Assembly: GCA_025963485.1 (NCBI GenBank)
Contig: JAOQAO010000041.1
Span: 20,114 to 84,113 of the forward strand
DNA: 64,000 bases
Source of the DNA: Bacteroidota bacterium
Lineage (GTDB): Bacteria; Bacteroidota; Bacteroidia; Chitinophagales; LD1
Direction of reading: 5' to 3'
Shown here: one piece after another, positions 17,271-27,517 of the stretch
How positions within the stretch are numbered: position 1 is the stretch's first letter
Layout: every line of letters starts with the position of its first letter
Program-made: the position numbers and the translations under genes
Notes under the pieces: generated by a model
Seen by the model: only the letters and a program-made list of their open reading frames with translations
Database searches by the model: none
What the model was told of the DNA's origin: nothing

Positions 17271-19337
17271 ATGAACAACGTACACAAACTTCTGCTTATT
17301 CCCTTTTTATTATTGGGAAGTCTTATATCCCGGAGCCAAAACCTCACCTGGACTCAGGAACCTTCATACCATGCTACAGTTTTCAGTAATTCCAGCTTTG
17401 CAATAGGCAATGATGTCTATGTAATGGGGGGATATTATGGTCCTTATACCGGCTACCCGGCTACTATGGAACATCAGGTATGGGATTTCAATACAACCAC
17501 AAATACCTGGACCCGGAAAGCTGACTTTCCCGGTGAAGCAACTTACGGTGCCAAGGGTTTTACCATCGGTAGTTATGGATATTTAGTATCAGGATGGGAC
17601 TCTACAGGCTCAGGTTCTGGACCTAATAAGACCTGGCAATATGATCCGACCAATGACACCTGGACTGCGAAAGCGGCTTTCCCGGGTCCCACCAGGTATA
17701 CTACTGCTACCTTTGCTGTCGCTGGCAAGGGTTATGTAGCCTGCGGTTTTAGCCCTTACAATCATGATGTATACTGCTATGATCCGGTTAATAATACCTG
17801 GACACAAAAAGCAAATTTTCCAGGCACACCCCGTCAGGACTTACCGTATTTTGTCATTGGCAATTACGCTTACGTCGGTATGGGCGCTACCAGCAACAAC
17901 ATGGGGGGATACTTTCTGGAGAGTGATTTTTACAAATATGATCCATCTACAGATACATGGACCCGTTTGGGTAACTTCCCCGGAGATGCCATTAGCGGTG
18001 CATTCAGCTTTGTGATCAATGGAGAAGGTTATGTACTGAACGGCAACAACCAAAATAGTGTTCTTTATAATACACCGGTGGGATCGTCCAGAAAGGTGTG
18101 GAAATATGTACCATCTACGGATACCTGGACACTTTGGGGTATATTTCCGGACTTAGCTACCTTTGGTGGTATGTCCGCTTCCTGTAACGGTGCGGGATAT
18201 ATGGGACAGGGTGGCTATAACTTTGCCCTAAGCGCTATAGCCAGCTATTTTTATAGATTAGGCCCCGGGACTGCACCATACTCGTGCAATATCGTGCTTA
18301 AAAAGTATCAGATAAGCAATGCAGTCTATAACTTCCAGGCTAATGGGAATTTTTCTCCTACGGCGGAGATCACATGGGATTTCGGCGATGGTCACACCGA
18401 TGTAGGAACATCTGTGATACATAACTACACAGCAGTGGGTTCATATACTGTATCGGTCAGCGTCAATGATACTGCTTCTACCTGTACTAATAGTGCCACT
18501 GACAGCGTAGTCATATCAAACATAAATAACTGTTCGGTCGCTTTACAAAACACAAATTATGGCACGCTGTATACCCTCTCCACAATCGTGACAAATGGCG
18601 CGGGTCCATATCACTATGAATGGTCAAATCCTGCAGATAGCACATTCACCAGTACATCACCAGATCCTATTGTCACTATCCCTTACAATACTCCAACTAC
18701 TTATTGTGTTTCTGTCACTGATACGAGCGGCTGTGTCGCTACTGCTTGTACTACAATAGCAGATTCCCAGATTGTTTATACACCATGCCAGATATATCTG
18801 GTGGTATATCCCGATCCTAATGTACCAGGTGCTTACTATTCGGTACTCTATACTACGGGCGCTGGAAACCTGACCTACCTTTGGGATTTTGGAGATGGTT
18901 CGACTTCAAATGTTGAATTCCCGACACACACTTATACGACTCCGGGCAACTATACCGTTTGTCTGACTGTGAGTGATGGAGTAGGGTGCTCATTTACTTT
19001 CTGTGACTCGGCGTTTTATGCTTATAAATATGGCGGCGGCCCTATGCAGAAATTCTCTGTAGCCAGCCAGGTCACATTGGGTTTCCATGATGTTAATAAC
19101 GATAAAGCTGTCAGCCTTTATCCTAACCCTGCCAATAAAGAGATAAGCATTATCACCAATGGGCAAAAAATAGACAACGCTACGATTTATAATATACATG
19201 GTCAGGCAGTTTCATCTATTGATAGTCCATCTCAAAACAAGATCAATATTGAAGCTCTTCCTGATGGCGTGTATATGATCGAAGTGAAGATCAAGGATGC
19301 AGTCTCCAGGATCAAATTTGCAAAAGTCAGTAAATAA
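17271..19337 (+). CDS. secreted Kelch-repeat / PKD-domain protein with T9SS C-terminal domain
   Basis: Repeated W(T)xKAxFPG Kelch blades, two PKD cores (WDFGDGHT..., WDFGDGST...), and a VSLYPNPANKEISI...YMIEV tail. Confidence 0.85.
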   Translation: MNNVHKLLLIPFLLLGSLISRSQNLTWTQEPSYHATVFSNSSFAIGNDVYVMGGYYGPYTGYPATMEHQVWDFNTTTNTWTRKADFPGEATYGAKGFTIGSYGYLVSGWDSTGSGSGPNKTWQYDPTNDTWTAKAAFPGPTRYTTATFAVAGKGYVACGFSPYNHDVYCYDPVNNTWTQKANFPGTPRQDLPYFVIGNYAYVGMGATSNNMGGYFLESDFYKYDPSTDTWTRLGNFPGDAISGAFSFVINGEGYVLNGNNQNSVLYNTPVGSSRKVWKYVPSTDTWTLWGIFPDLATFGGMSASCNGAGYMGQGGYNFALSAIASYFYRLGPGTAPYSCNIVLKKYQISNAVYNFQANGNFSPTAEITWDFGDGHTDVGTSVIHNYTAVGSYTVSVSVNDTASTCTNSATDSVVISNINNCSVALQNTNYGTLYTLSTIVTNGAGPYHYEWSNPADSTFTSTSPDPIVTIPYNTPTTYCVSVTDTSGCVATACTTIADSQIVYTPCQIYLVVYPDPNVPGAYYSVLYTTGAGNLTYLWDFGDGSTSNVEFPTHTYTTPGNYTVCLTVSDGVGCSFTFCDSAFYAYKYGGGPMQKFSVASQVTLGFHDVNNDKAVSLYPNPANKEISIITNGQKIDNATIYNIHGQAVSSIDSPSQNKINIEALPDGVYMIEVKIKDAVSRIKFAKVSK

Positions 19338-19356
19338 TATCACCAAATACATTGAG

Positions 19357-19390
19357 AAAGGGCTGCCTGCATGGCGGCCCTTTTTATTTG
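19357..19390 (+). terminator. rho-independent terminator
   Basis: GC-rich stem gggctgcc/ggcggccc followed by tttttattt. Confidence 0.6.
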
Positions 19391-19588
19391 GTTAGCTGCA
19401 CCGTCCTTAAATAAGTTGACACAAAAGCAGTGTCAACGGTATGAATAAAGGACAATTCAGAGTATCTAAACGGACTCAAAAAGATTACAGTTTACTTTTC
19501 AAAATGCAAGTGGTAGATGATGTAGGTGTCCTGTACATTTCATGTATCACTGCTAATCTCTTATACTTGTATTCACAAAAGAAGGATT

Positions 19589-21082
19589 TTGGGAATCATA
19601 CAGAGACAGGGTATCAGAAACAGCATCATCACATATGTGGGGATCGCCTTGGGTGCTATTAGCCTGATCATTATCCAGCCGCGCTTCCTGACTAAGGAAG
19701 AGATCGGCCTTACACGTATATTATTTTCCTTTTCTGCCCTGGTAGCCAATTTTGCACCGCTCGGAATGAACTCCACAATACTTCGCTATTTCCCATATTT
19801 TCGCAATAGGGATGAGCGCCATTACGGATTTTTTGGCTTTATGCTTCTTTTTCCCTTGTTAGGTTTTTTACTGATCGCCCTCACTCTTTATGCTTTCAGG
19901 GATTATATCATTGCCCGCTATGTCGGCCAGTCGAAACTCTTTACGGACTATTTCTATTATATTTTCCCCCTGACATTCTTTCTGTCTTTTATCAGTATTC
20001 TTACTGCATACTCTTATTCTATTTTCCGCACATCACTTCCGGCCCTGCTCAATGATATCGTGGTGAGAATAGGTGGTATGCTGCTATTTACGGCTTATTT
20101 TATTAAATGGCTGGATAGAGACCAGTTTGTGGCTTTGTTTGTCGGCATTTATGGTACGCAATTGCTGGTTCTGGTCTTTTATCTTTTTTATGAGGACCGG
20201 CCGTCTATATGGGTGAAATGGGAACACTATAAAGAGCACCGGCCTATCAGGATGTTTACATACGGATTGTTTATGAGTTTGGCGGGGATGTCATCTATGG
20301 GATTGCGCTATATGGATACACTGATGTTGGGTACATATAAGCCACAGCAGGCTTTTCTCAATGCGCTGGACATAGTGGGGATATATTCTATCGCTGCTTT
20401 TGTGGCTACCTTCGTAGAAGCGCCTATGAATGCTCTGGAAAAGATCATAGTCCCTCAGGTGGCGGATGCCTGGAAGCGAAATGATATCGAAAATATCCGG
20501 GACATCTATTATAAGTCTTCCAAATATTTGTCACTACTAGGTGGATTGCTATTTCTGCTGATCAACTTAAATATAGATTCCCTGTTTCAGTTGATACCGG
20601 ATAAGGATTATTCGCTTGCAAAAGGAGTAATATTCATTATCAGCCTGGGTACCTTGATCAATATGTCGACGGGTAATAATGACTGCATCATATATACTTC
20701 CACGAGGTACAAGATTCTCACATGGCTGCTAGTGGGGCTGGTATTTATAGCCTTTATCAACTATAAGATATTCATACCTCTTTTTGGGATGGAAGGTGCT
20801 GCAATAGCTACAGCCCTGTCTGCGACGTTATATAACCTTGCTAAATTTGGTATTATATGGCGCCTTTTTCATCTGCAGCCCTTTACTATAGCTAATCTAA
20901 AAGTCCTCGGTGTGATAGTTGTTACGGGTTTATCTGTCTATTTTATCCCTTCCGTGAATAATCCTTTTGCTGACATAGCGATCCGGTCGTCTATCACCGG
21001 CAGTATATTCGGAGCGCTGGTTTATATGCTGCGCATCGTGCCTGAGTTCCACCACCTGATCCCTTTCCTGAAAAAGAAGTAA
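19589..21082 (+). CDS. polysaccharide/oligosaccharide flippase (MOP/Wzx-type)
   Basis: About 12-14 TM segments. The N-terminus (M)GIIQRQGIRNSIITYVG is typical for the family. There is no in-frame ATG near it; TTG at 19589 is the most plausible start. Confidence 0.7.
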   Translation: MGIIQRQGIRNSIITYVGIALGAISLIIIQPRFLTKEEIGLTRILFSFSALVANFAPLGMNSTILRYFPYFRNRDERHYGFFGFMLLFPLLGFLLIALTLYAFRDYIIARYVGQSKLFTDYFYYIFPLTFFLSFISILTAYSYSIFRTSLPALLNDIVVRIGGMLLFTAYFIKWLDRDQFVALFVGIYGTQLLVLVFYLFYEDRPSIWVKWEHYKEHRPIRMFTYGLFMSLAGMSSMGLRYMDTLMLGTYKPQQAFLNALDIVGIYSIAAFVATFVEAPMNALEKIIVPQVADAWKRNDIENIRDIYYKSSKYLSLLGGLLFLLINLNIDSLFQLIPDKDYSLAKGVIFIISLGTLINMSTGNNDCIIYTSTRYKILTWLLVGLVFIAFINYKIFIPLFGMEGAAIATALSATLYNLAKFGIIWRLFHLQPFTIANLKVLGVIVVTGLSVYFIPSVNNPFADIAIRSSITGSIFGALVYMLRIVPEFHHLIPFLKKK

Positions 21083-21089
21083 GCTTCGT

Positions 21090-22616
21090 TTACAGCTCAA
21101 ACTTAATGCCCTGAGCGAGTGGCAGCTTGGTACCGTAGTTGATCGTATTGGTCTGGCGGCGCATGTATGCCTTCCAGGCATCGGAACCTGATTCGCGTCC
21201 GCCGCCGGTTTCTTTCTCGCCACCGAATGCTCCGCCGATCTCCGCACCTGAGGTACCTATGTTGACATTGGCGATGCCGCAGTCTGATCCATTTGTGGAG
21301 AGGAACATCTCTGCCTCGCGCATATCCCTCGTCATGATAGAGGACGACAAGCCTTGTACCACTCCATTCTGTAGTTTGATAGCTTCGTCGATGTTTTTAT
21401 ACTTCATGATGTACAGTATCGGAGCGAAGGTCTCATGCTGCACGATGGCCAGTGAATTCTTCGCTTCTATTACAGCAGGTTTGACATAGCAACCGCTTTC
21501 GTAGCCTTTGCCTTTGAGCACGCCGCCTTCGACCCATATCTTGCCCCCTTCTTTGACTGCTTCGGTGATAGCTTTCTCATACATTTTCACCGCGTCTTTG
21601 TCTATGAGCGGGCCTACATGGTTTTTCTGATCGAGAGGGTCGCCTATTTTCAGTTGAGCGTAGGCTTTTTTGATCTTGTTTTTCACCTCATCGTAGCGGG
21701 ACTCATGTATGATGAGCCTACGTGTCGTAGTACAGCGCTGTCCTGCCGTGCCTACTGCTCCAAAGACCACAGCTACCATCGCTATATCGAGGTCAGCTTC
21801 GGGAGTGATGATGATGGCGTTATTGCCTCCCAGCTCGAGGAGGCTCCTGCCCAGGCGTCCGGCCACTGCCTGCGCGACGAGTTTGCCCATGCGTGTAGAA
21901 CCGGTAGCGGATACCAGAGGTACATTAGGGTCATTAGAAAGCAGCGCGCCGATCTTGTGATCGCCGATGATCAGGTTTGAGATGCCCTCCGGCAGGTTGT
22001 TTCTTTTGAAGACTTTAGCTGCTATATGTTGGCAGGCTATGCCGCAGAGAGGCGTTTTCTCAGATGGCTTCCAGATGCAGACGTCGCCGCAGACCCATGC
22101 GAGCATAGAGTTCCAGCTCCAGACCGCGACCGGGAAATTGAACGCCGAAATAATGCCTACAATGCCCAATGGGTGATATTGCTCATACATCCTGTGGAGC
22201 GGACGCTCAGAGTGCATGGTCAGACCGTGAAGCTGGCGGGAAAGCCCTACTGCGAAGTCGCATATGTCTATCATTTCCTGCACTTCCCCGAGGCCTTCCT
22301 GCAGCGATTTGCCCATCTCGTAGGAGACGAGTTCGCCTAGTGGCTCTTTGTACTTTCTCAGTTCATCGCCTATCTGGCGTACTATTTCGCCACGCTTGGG
22401 CGCAGGGATATTTCTCCATACGGTGAATGCCTGCTGTGCTGTGGCGACGATGGTATTGTATTCTTTTTCCGTACCGGCTATGACCGATCCGATCTCTTTG
22501 CCATCTACGGGTGAGAAGCTCTTGATGAGCTGGCCTTTTGATTTGAGCCATTTGGAGCCGGTAGAGGATCCGATGTTCTCCTTGCTGAGATTGAGTTGCC
22601 TGAGGAAGCTTTTCAT
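21090..22616 (-). CDS. ALDH7-type aldehyde dehydrogenase (aminoadipate-semialdehyde/piperideine-6-carboxylate dehydrogenase-like)
   Basis: GEVQEMIDICDFAVGLSRQL, LELGGNNAIII and HETFAPILY motifs, plus a catalytic Cys region GQRCTT. Confidence 0.8.
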   Translation of the reverse strand: MKSFLRQLNLSKENIGSSTGSKWLKSKGQLIKSFSPVDGKEIGSVIAGTEKEYNTIVATAQQAFTVWRNIPAPKRGEIVRQIGDELRKYKEPLGELVSYEMGKSLQEGLGEVQEMIDICDFAVGLSRQLHGLTMHSERPLHRMYEQYHPLGIVGIISAFNFPVAVWSWNSMLAWVCGDVCIWKPSEKTPLCGIACQHIAAKVFKRNNLPEGISNLIIGDHKIGALLSNDPNVPLVSATGSTRMGKLVAQAVAGRLGRSLLELGGNNAIIITPEADLDIAMVAVVFGAVGTAGQRCTTTRRLIIHESRYDEVKNKIKKAYAQLKIGDPLDQKNHVGPLIDKDAVKMYEKAITEAVKEGGKIWVEGGVLKGKGYESGCYVKPAVIEAKNSLAIVQHETFAPILYIMKYKNIDEAIKLQNGVVQGLSSSIMTRDMREAEMFLSTNGSDCGIANVNIGTSGAEIGGAFGGEKETGGGRESGSDAWKAYMRRQTNTINYGTKLPLAQGIKFEL

Positions 22617-22741
22617 ACTTAAAATATTTGAAGTGCGAAGTTAAACTAATGTCCTAAAATGCCAATGTTTGTCAACAGTCAACACCAAAGCGTCAGCAGA
22701 TGAGGCAGGTAATAGCAAGTTTTAGGTAAATTTGTAGGATA

Positions 22742-23356
22742 ATGTCATCTGCCGCCATACAAATGCTCCCTGTGATGGAGCACTTCTATACCATACAGGG
22801 TGAGGGTTACTATCAGGGCCGTGCTGCGTACTTCGTGCGGCTGGGTGGCTGTGATGTGGGCTGCCCCTGGTGTGACGTGAAGGAAAGCTGGGACGCAGAT
22901 GCGCATCCAAAGATGTCAGTCGCGGAGATAGTCGCGGCTGTGGTCGAGTCCGGCGCCAAAATATGCGTGATCACAGGAGGCGAGCCGCTGATGTACGACC
23001 TCACTGACCTCACAGCACAACTTAGAGCGCATGGTATCCGTTCTCATACGGAGACATCGGGTGCTTATGCTGCCCGTGGGACATTTGACTGGATCACAGT
23101 GTCACCTAAGCGGTACAAGCCGCCCGTAGAAAGTATACTGCCGATGGCTAGTGAACTCAAGGTGGTCATCAATCACAGGAATGACTTCAGATGGGCGGAG
23201 CAATATGCAGCGCAGGTCGGCCCTGAGTGCAAACTGTATCTCTCACCCGAGTGGGAGCAGGAAGAGGAAATGGTACCGATGGTGATAGAGTATGTGAAAG
23301 AGAACCAGCAGTGGGAGATATCGCTACAGATACATAAGTATTTGAATGTGCCTTAA
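22742..23356 (+). CDS. queE: 7-carboxy-7-deazaguanine synthase (radical SAM)
   Basis: FYTIQGEGYYQGRAAYFVRLGGCDVGCPWCD, ending in ISLQIHKYLNVP. Confidence 0.88.
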   Translation: MSSAAIQMLPVMEHFYTIQGEGYYQGRAAYFVRLGGCDVGCPWCDVKESWDADAHPKMSVAEIVAAVVESGAKICVITGGEPLMYDLTDLTAQLRAHGIRSHTETSGAYAARGTFDWITVSPKRYKPPVESILPMASELKVVINHRNDFRWAEQYAAQVGPECKLYLSPEWEQEEEMVPMVIEYVKENQQWEISLQIHKYLNVP

Positions 23357-23414
23357 CAGAGAATAGAGGATAACGAGTAAAGAATAGTTAAATCCGGATC
23401 AAACCAATCAATCA

Positions 23415-25334
23415 ATGAGAAAAAGCATCCTGTCTTTGGTCTTGTTACTTATCGCAGTTCATTTTTCTTTTTCGCAGGCTGTGACGTATGAGCACGCTAA
23501 GAAAAGAGCGCAGACGCATTTCGATGCGGGGAATAATGCCTACGCATTTGGACGCTATGCAGCAGCGGACTCATTGATAAAAATAGCGATAGAGAGTGAG
23601 AAAAATTTCATCGATGCGCACTGGCTATTGGGTAATATGTACCTGGAGAACCAGCGTAAATTTGATGCGGCAGTGACCGAATTGAAACTCGTAGAACAAC
23701 TCAATCCTGATTACCAGGCGCAGCTGAAACTGAAGATCGGTTATGCTCTGTTCAATAAGGGCGACTATGACGAGGCCAAGAAATACTTCCAGGCGTTCCG
23801 TGCACAGAAGATCACTCCGGACTATGAGAAAGAAGCTGACCATATGATCGCAAATTCGGACTTTGCAAAGGAGGCTGTGAAGCATCCGGTAGCATTTAAA
23901 CCTATCAGCCTTGGTAGTGGCGTCAATTCAAATGAGGATGACCTGATGCCTGCGCTGACTGCTGATGAGCATTGGTTGTACTTCACGAGGCTGGAGCGGA
24001 TAGGCCGGTTTCATGATGAAAATATCTTCGTCTCGGAGAATAGAAATGGCACCTGGTCTGAGGCACAACCTCTGGGAGAGACCATCAATACCTTGCAATA
24101 TAATGAGGGGGCACATTGCATCGCGCCAAGCGGCAAATACCTTTTCTTTACCTCATGCGACAGGCCGGGTAGCTATGGAGGCTGTGATATTTATTTCTCC
24201 AAAAGAACCGGCGGCGAATGGGAGCCCGGTAAAAATCTCGGTCCTGTGATCAATACAGCGGCTAAAGAAACACAGCCTTATATCACGGGAGACGGACGCA
24301 CTTTATATTTTGTGAGTTCGCGCAAAGGGGGCTACGGCGGCGGAGATATATACTCCTCGACACTGGGTGATGATGGCAAATGGAGCGAGGCACATAACCT
24401 CGGCCCGGAGATTAATACAGACCAGGAGGAGGAGCGGCCGTTCATACATCCGGATGGATTTACATTGTTCTTCACATCGCGCGGTCATGAAGGGATGGGA
24501 GGCGCGGACTTATTTATGTCGCGCAAGCAGGCTGACGGGACCTGGGGCAAGGCTATCAATATGGGCTATCCGATCAATACTCCCGGCGATGAGATCGGAA
24601 TATACGTGACCACTGACGGCCATTGGGCCTACTTCGCATCGGAGCAGGCCGATACCAGAGGAGGCATGGATATCTATAAATTTGAAATGCCGGAAAACCT
24701 CAAACCATACCCCGTGAGCTATGTGAAAGGCGTGGTGACGGATAAGGACAATGGCAATCCATTGACATCTAAGATCCAGTTCTTTGATCTCGCTTCGGGA
24801 GTGATCTACTCGACTGCGTCATCTGATCCGAAGACTGGTGAATACCTGGCGACCCTTCCTACCGGAAAGAACTATGCCTGCCAGATATCCAAAGAGGGTT
24901 ACCTGTTTTATTCAGCTAATTTCTCGCTGAAAGACGTAAAGGAGGGAGGAGCCTATATCATGGACATACAACTGCAGAAGATCAAGGTCGGCAGCAGTGT
25001 AGTATTGAATAATGTGTTCTTTGAATCAAACAGCTATGAGCTGAAAGAAGAATCGAAAACAGAACTCAATACGCTGATAGAACTGATGACAAAGAACCCA
25101 TCGTTGAAAATAGAAATAGGTGGCCACACGGATAACTCCGGTATCGAAAAGGAAAATGAAACACTATCTCAAAACAGGGCAAAGGCAGTCAATGACTATC
25201 TGGTATCCAAAGGTATCTTAGCGGGACGCCTGACATACAAAGGCTATGCTGCTACTAAACCTATCGCTGATAATAAAACGGCGGAGGGTAAAGCAAAGAA
25301 CAGGCGTACGGAGTTTATGGTGACGGGAATATAA
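23415..25334 (+). CDS. OmpA-family protein with TPR and TolB-like (PD40) repeats
   Basis: N-terminal TPR, repeated PD40-like blocks (YFTSxR..GGxDIY), and a C-terminal OmpA core GHTDNSG...NRRTEF. Confidence 0.8.
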   Translation: MRKSILSLVLLLIAVHFSFSQAVTYEHAKKRAQTHFDAGNNAYAFGRYAAADSLIKIAIESEKNFIDAHWLLGNMYLENQRKFDAAVTELKLVEQLNPDYQAQLKLKIGYALFNKGDYDEAKKYFQAFRAQKITPDYEKEADHMIANSDFAKEAVKHPVAFKPISLGSGVNSNEDDLMPALTADEHWLYFTRLERIGRFHDENIFVSENRNGTWSEAQPLGETINTLQYNEGAHCIAPSGKYLFFTSCDRPGSYGGCDIYFSKRTGGEWEPGKNLGPVINTAAKETQPYITGDGRTLYFVSSRKGGYGGGDIYSSTLGDDGKWSEAHNLGPEINTDQEEERPFIHPDGFTLFFTSRGHEGMGGADLFMSRKQADGTWGKAINMGYPINTPGDEIGIYVTTDGHWAYFASEQADTRGGMDIYKFEMPENLKPYPVSYVKGVVTDKDNGNPLTSKIQFFDLASGVIYSTASSDPKTGEYLATLPTGKNYACQISKEGYLFYSANFSLKDVKEGGAYIMDIQLQKIKVGSSVVLNNVFFESNSYELKEESKTELNTLIELMTKNPSLKIEIGGHTDNSGIEKENETLSQNRAKAVNDYLVSKGILAGRLTYKGYAATKPIADNKTAEGKAKNRRTEFMVTGI

Positions 25335-25343
25335 AGGAACCTG

Positions 25344-26864
25344 TTATTCCTCCGTTTTCTTCTTCAAGCCTGCGATGATCCCGGATATGATCAGTACAGG
25401 TATCGTCAGCTGTGCATACAATACCGGCATCATGTAGCGGAAGTTATTAATAGGTGCGGCGATGGTGCTGGCTCCGCAGAAGGCGCCTATGAATAATACC
25501 AATGCCGCCACGACTAATTTTTGCTCTTTGGTCCAATTGAGTTTGCGAAGCATGATCAAACCGGCGATGAAGGATATTATAAGTACTATCCAGGCTATTG
25601 TATCGCAGAGCTGCCTGATACCAGTGAGAGGTTTGAATACTTTTTTCTTATAGGCATATACATCCTTGTCTACTGTGAATAGCCCCTTCATGTTCTGGTC
25701 CACTTTGAACGTATCATATTCACTGATGTCATACACTTTGAATACGTTTTTGAAATTGGGTACGATGTAGTGTTTGATGTACTCTGAGCGATAGTGTGAC
25801 TGGAGGAAATCGCCATAAATCTCCATCTGTGTACTCATATATACCCAGGCCTGCAGATATGGGGTGCGTGTCTGCTGGATGTACTGGCTGAGGCAGAGTT
25901 TGCCGGGATAGTTGCGTGTCCACATGAAGCTCGTGGCTATAATATCCTCTGTCTTGAAAAACGAATCGGGAAACTGGCGTACGAGCTGATGTATGACCTT
26001 GACCTGCGGATCTGTGATCAGGCTGGTATCTACTTTGACATAAGGGAGAACTGCGACACCATTATTGGCCTTTTGCCAGCCTCCGAATGCGGAGAAGGTT
26101 TCTACACCGAATTCTTCTTTCATTTTGTCCGTAGCTGAAGAGCGATAAAACAATAACATAAGGACCGGTACGATGGCTCCGGCTATCGCTACCCATTTGA
26201 ATCTCTGCCAGAATGCCCATGCCAGAGCTGCTGCGCTAAAAAGGGGATAGAATAAACCGATATAGCGCGTATCCATACACCACCAGAGGAGGAGAATATT
26301 TGCAGCTATGGCGAAATAACTGCCGTTGTATATGATCCAGATGAGAGTGGTGAGAAATAGCAGCGTGAGGCTCACGAACAGGCTGTCGCTCATCATATAT
26401 GAATCCATGAATATCACAGACGGGTTGAGTATAGTGATGAGGCACAGCAGATAGAAAGCAATACGCGGCAGACCGCGAAAGATGAACTTGATAGTAAATA
26501 AAAAGGAGACCGCAGATATAAAAGTAATAAACCACTGCCAGGTCACTACAAAACGGACGTCAGCAGAGAAGCCGGAGAAGAATTTGAGGAAAGCGGAGTA
26601 TCCATATGGGCGATAGCCATTGATCTTGCCTGTGATGGCAGAGAGGACATAATTTCCGGAGTCGGTTTCGGTCTCCGGATAGGGGTAGTACAGTTTGAGA
26701 AAAATAAGGATGGCGATGAACAACCCACCCATCAGCGCCCAGTCTATCCATTGCTCGCGGGCTATGAGAAATTTCAGGAATGGCCAGCCCATCGAAGCTG
26801 GTTTTGGTTTTGGTTTCGGTCTGGTAGTTTCTTTTGAAGCAGGCTTGGGTTGAGGTTTTGCCAT
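25344..26864 (-). CDS. polytopic membrane protein, unknown function (Pro/Lys-rich N-terminus)
   Basis: Many TM helices in the N-terminal half and at the C-terminus. MAKPQPKPASKETTRPKPKPKPAS leader. No family recognised. Confidence 0.5.
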   Translation of the reverse strand: MAKPQPKPASKETTRPKPKPKPASMGWPFLKFLIAREQWIDWALMGGLFIAILIFLKLYYPYPETETDSGNYVLSAITGKINGYRPYGYSAFLKFFSGFSADVRFVVTWQWFITFISAVSFLFTIKFIFRGLPRIAFYLLCLITILNPSVIFMDSYMMSDSLFVSLTLLFLTTLIWIIYNGSYFAIAANILLLWWCMDTRYIGLFYPLFSAAALAWAFWQRFKWVAIAGAIVPVLMLLFYRSSATDKMKEEFGVETFSAFGGWQKANNGVAVLPYVKVDTSLITDPQVKVIHQLVRQFPDSFFKTEDIIATSFMWTRNYPGKLCLSQYIQQTRTPYLQAWVYMSTQMEIYGDFLQSHYRSEYIKHYIVPNFKNVFKVYDISEYDTFKVDQNMKGLFTVDKDVYAYKKKVFKPLTGIRQLCDTIAWIVLIISFIAGLIMLRKLNWTKEQKLVVAALVLFIGAFCGASTIAAPINNFRYMMPVLYAQLTIPVLIISGIIAGLKKKTEE

Positions 26865-26935
26865 TGGTCAGACTAATTTTTGAACAAAATAGGGAAATTC
26901 GGCTAATTCGGCGGTTCGGTTCGGGCCAATAATTT

Positions 26936-27307
26936 TTACATAGACAACTCCAGGAACTTCTTTCTAAACTCAATAGGGTGGGCGATGTTAGAGAAAACTT
27001 CATTGGTACCGCCTGTGCCTACTATTCGTATCGTGCCATATCCGAATATCCTGCCAAAGATGCTTTGGTCCACATTGACGGTTTCCACCTTATTGAGGTT
27101 CATCTCGAGTGTACGGCGGCTGATGAGGCCGGTCTTGATGATGATGCGATGATTGGTGATAGCAAACTCATCAGACCAACGGAGTAGTACCGGCCTGATA
27201 AAGAGTGTAAGGATCGACCGCCAGTTTAGAAAAATGATCCAGTGGTATGCAGTTTCAAAAGCGACGGTTTCACCTTTGATGAGGTTATTATTGACGTAAT
27301 TTCCCAT
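26936..27307 (-). CDS. membrane-flanked bacterial PH (bPH_2/YdbS-like) domain protein
   Basis: Two N-terminal TM segments, then ITNHRIIIKTGLISRRTLEMNLNKVETVNVDQSIFGRIFGYGTI. ATG at 27307. Confidence 0.65.
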   Translation of the reverse strand: MGNYVNNNLIKGETVAFETAYHWIIFLNWRSILTLFIRPVLLRWSDEFAITNHRIIIKTGLISRRTLEMNLNKVETVNVDQSIFGRIFGYGTIRIVGTGGTNEVFSNIAHPIEFRKKFLELSM

Positions 27308-27517
27308 GACTGTGTTCGTTTTATACAAAAGTAAGCTATTTCACCCGTCTAATCATTATGTTGGCTTAAAGTCATATGTGTTTATTCATGTTTTGTTAAG
27401 GAAGTTTAAAAGTTGATATCTTTGGTCTTTATAAGATGTAATGAAGTTAGCTTTGACCCGTTAAATTAAAACTATGTGCTCTGTAGCCTTTATATTAACC
27501 CCTCAATTAATCATTCT

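Noticed and set aside
19414-19436. The 13-mer acacaaaagcagt is shared with 42271-42290, upstream of rpsL.
   Set aside because: A rough estimate gives tens of chance 13-mer matches in 64 kb on both strands, and the flanks do not align.
22617-22741. Looked for a preQ1 riboswitch upstream of queE.
   Set aside because: I could draw no compact hairpin or pseudoknot with the conserved loop. Only a possible TAAATTTG -7 box lies close to the ATG.
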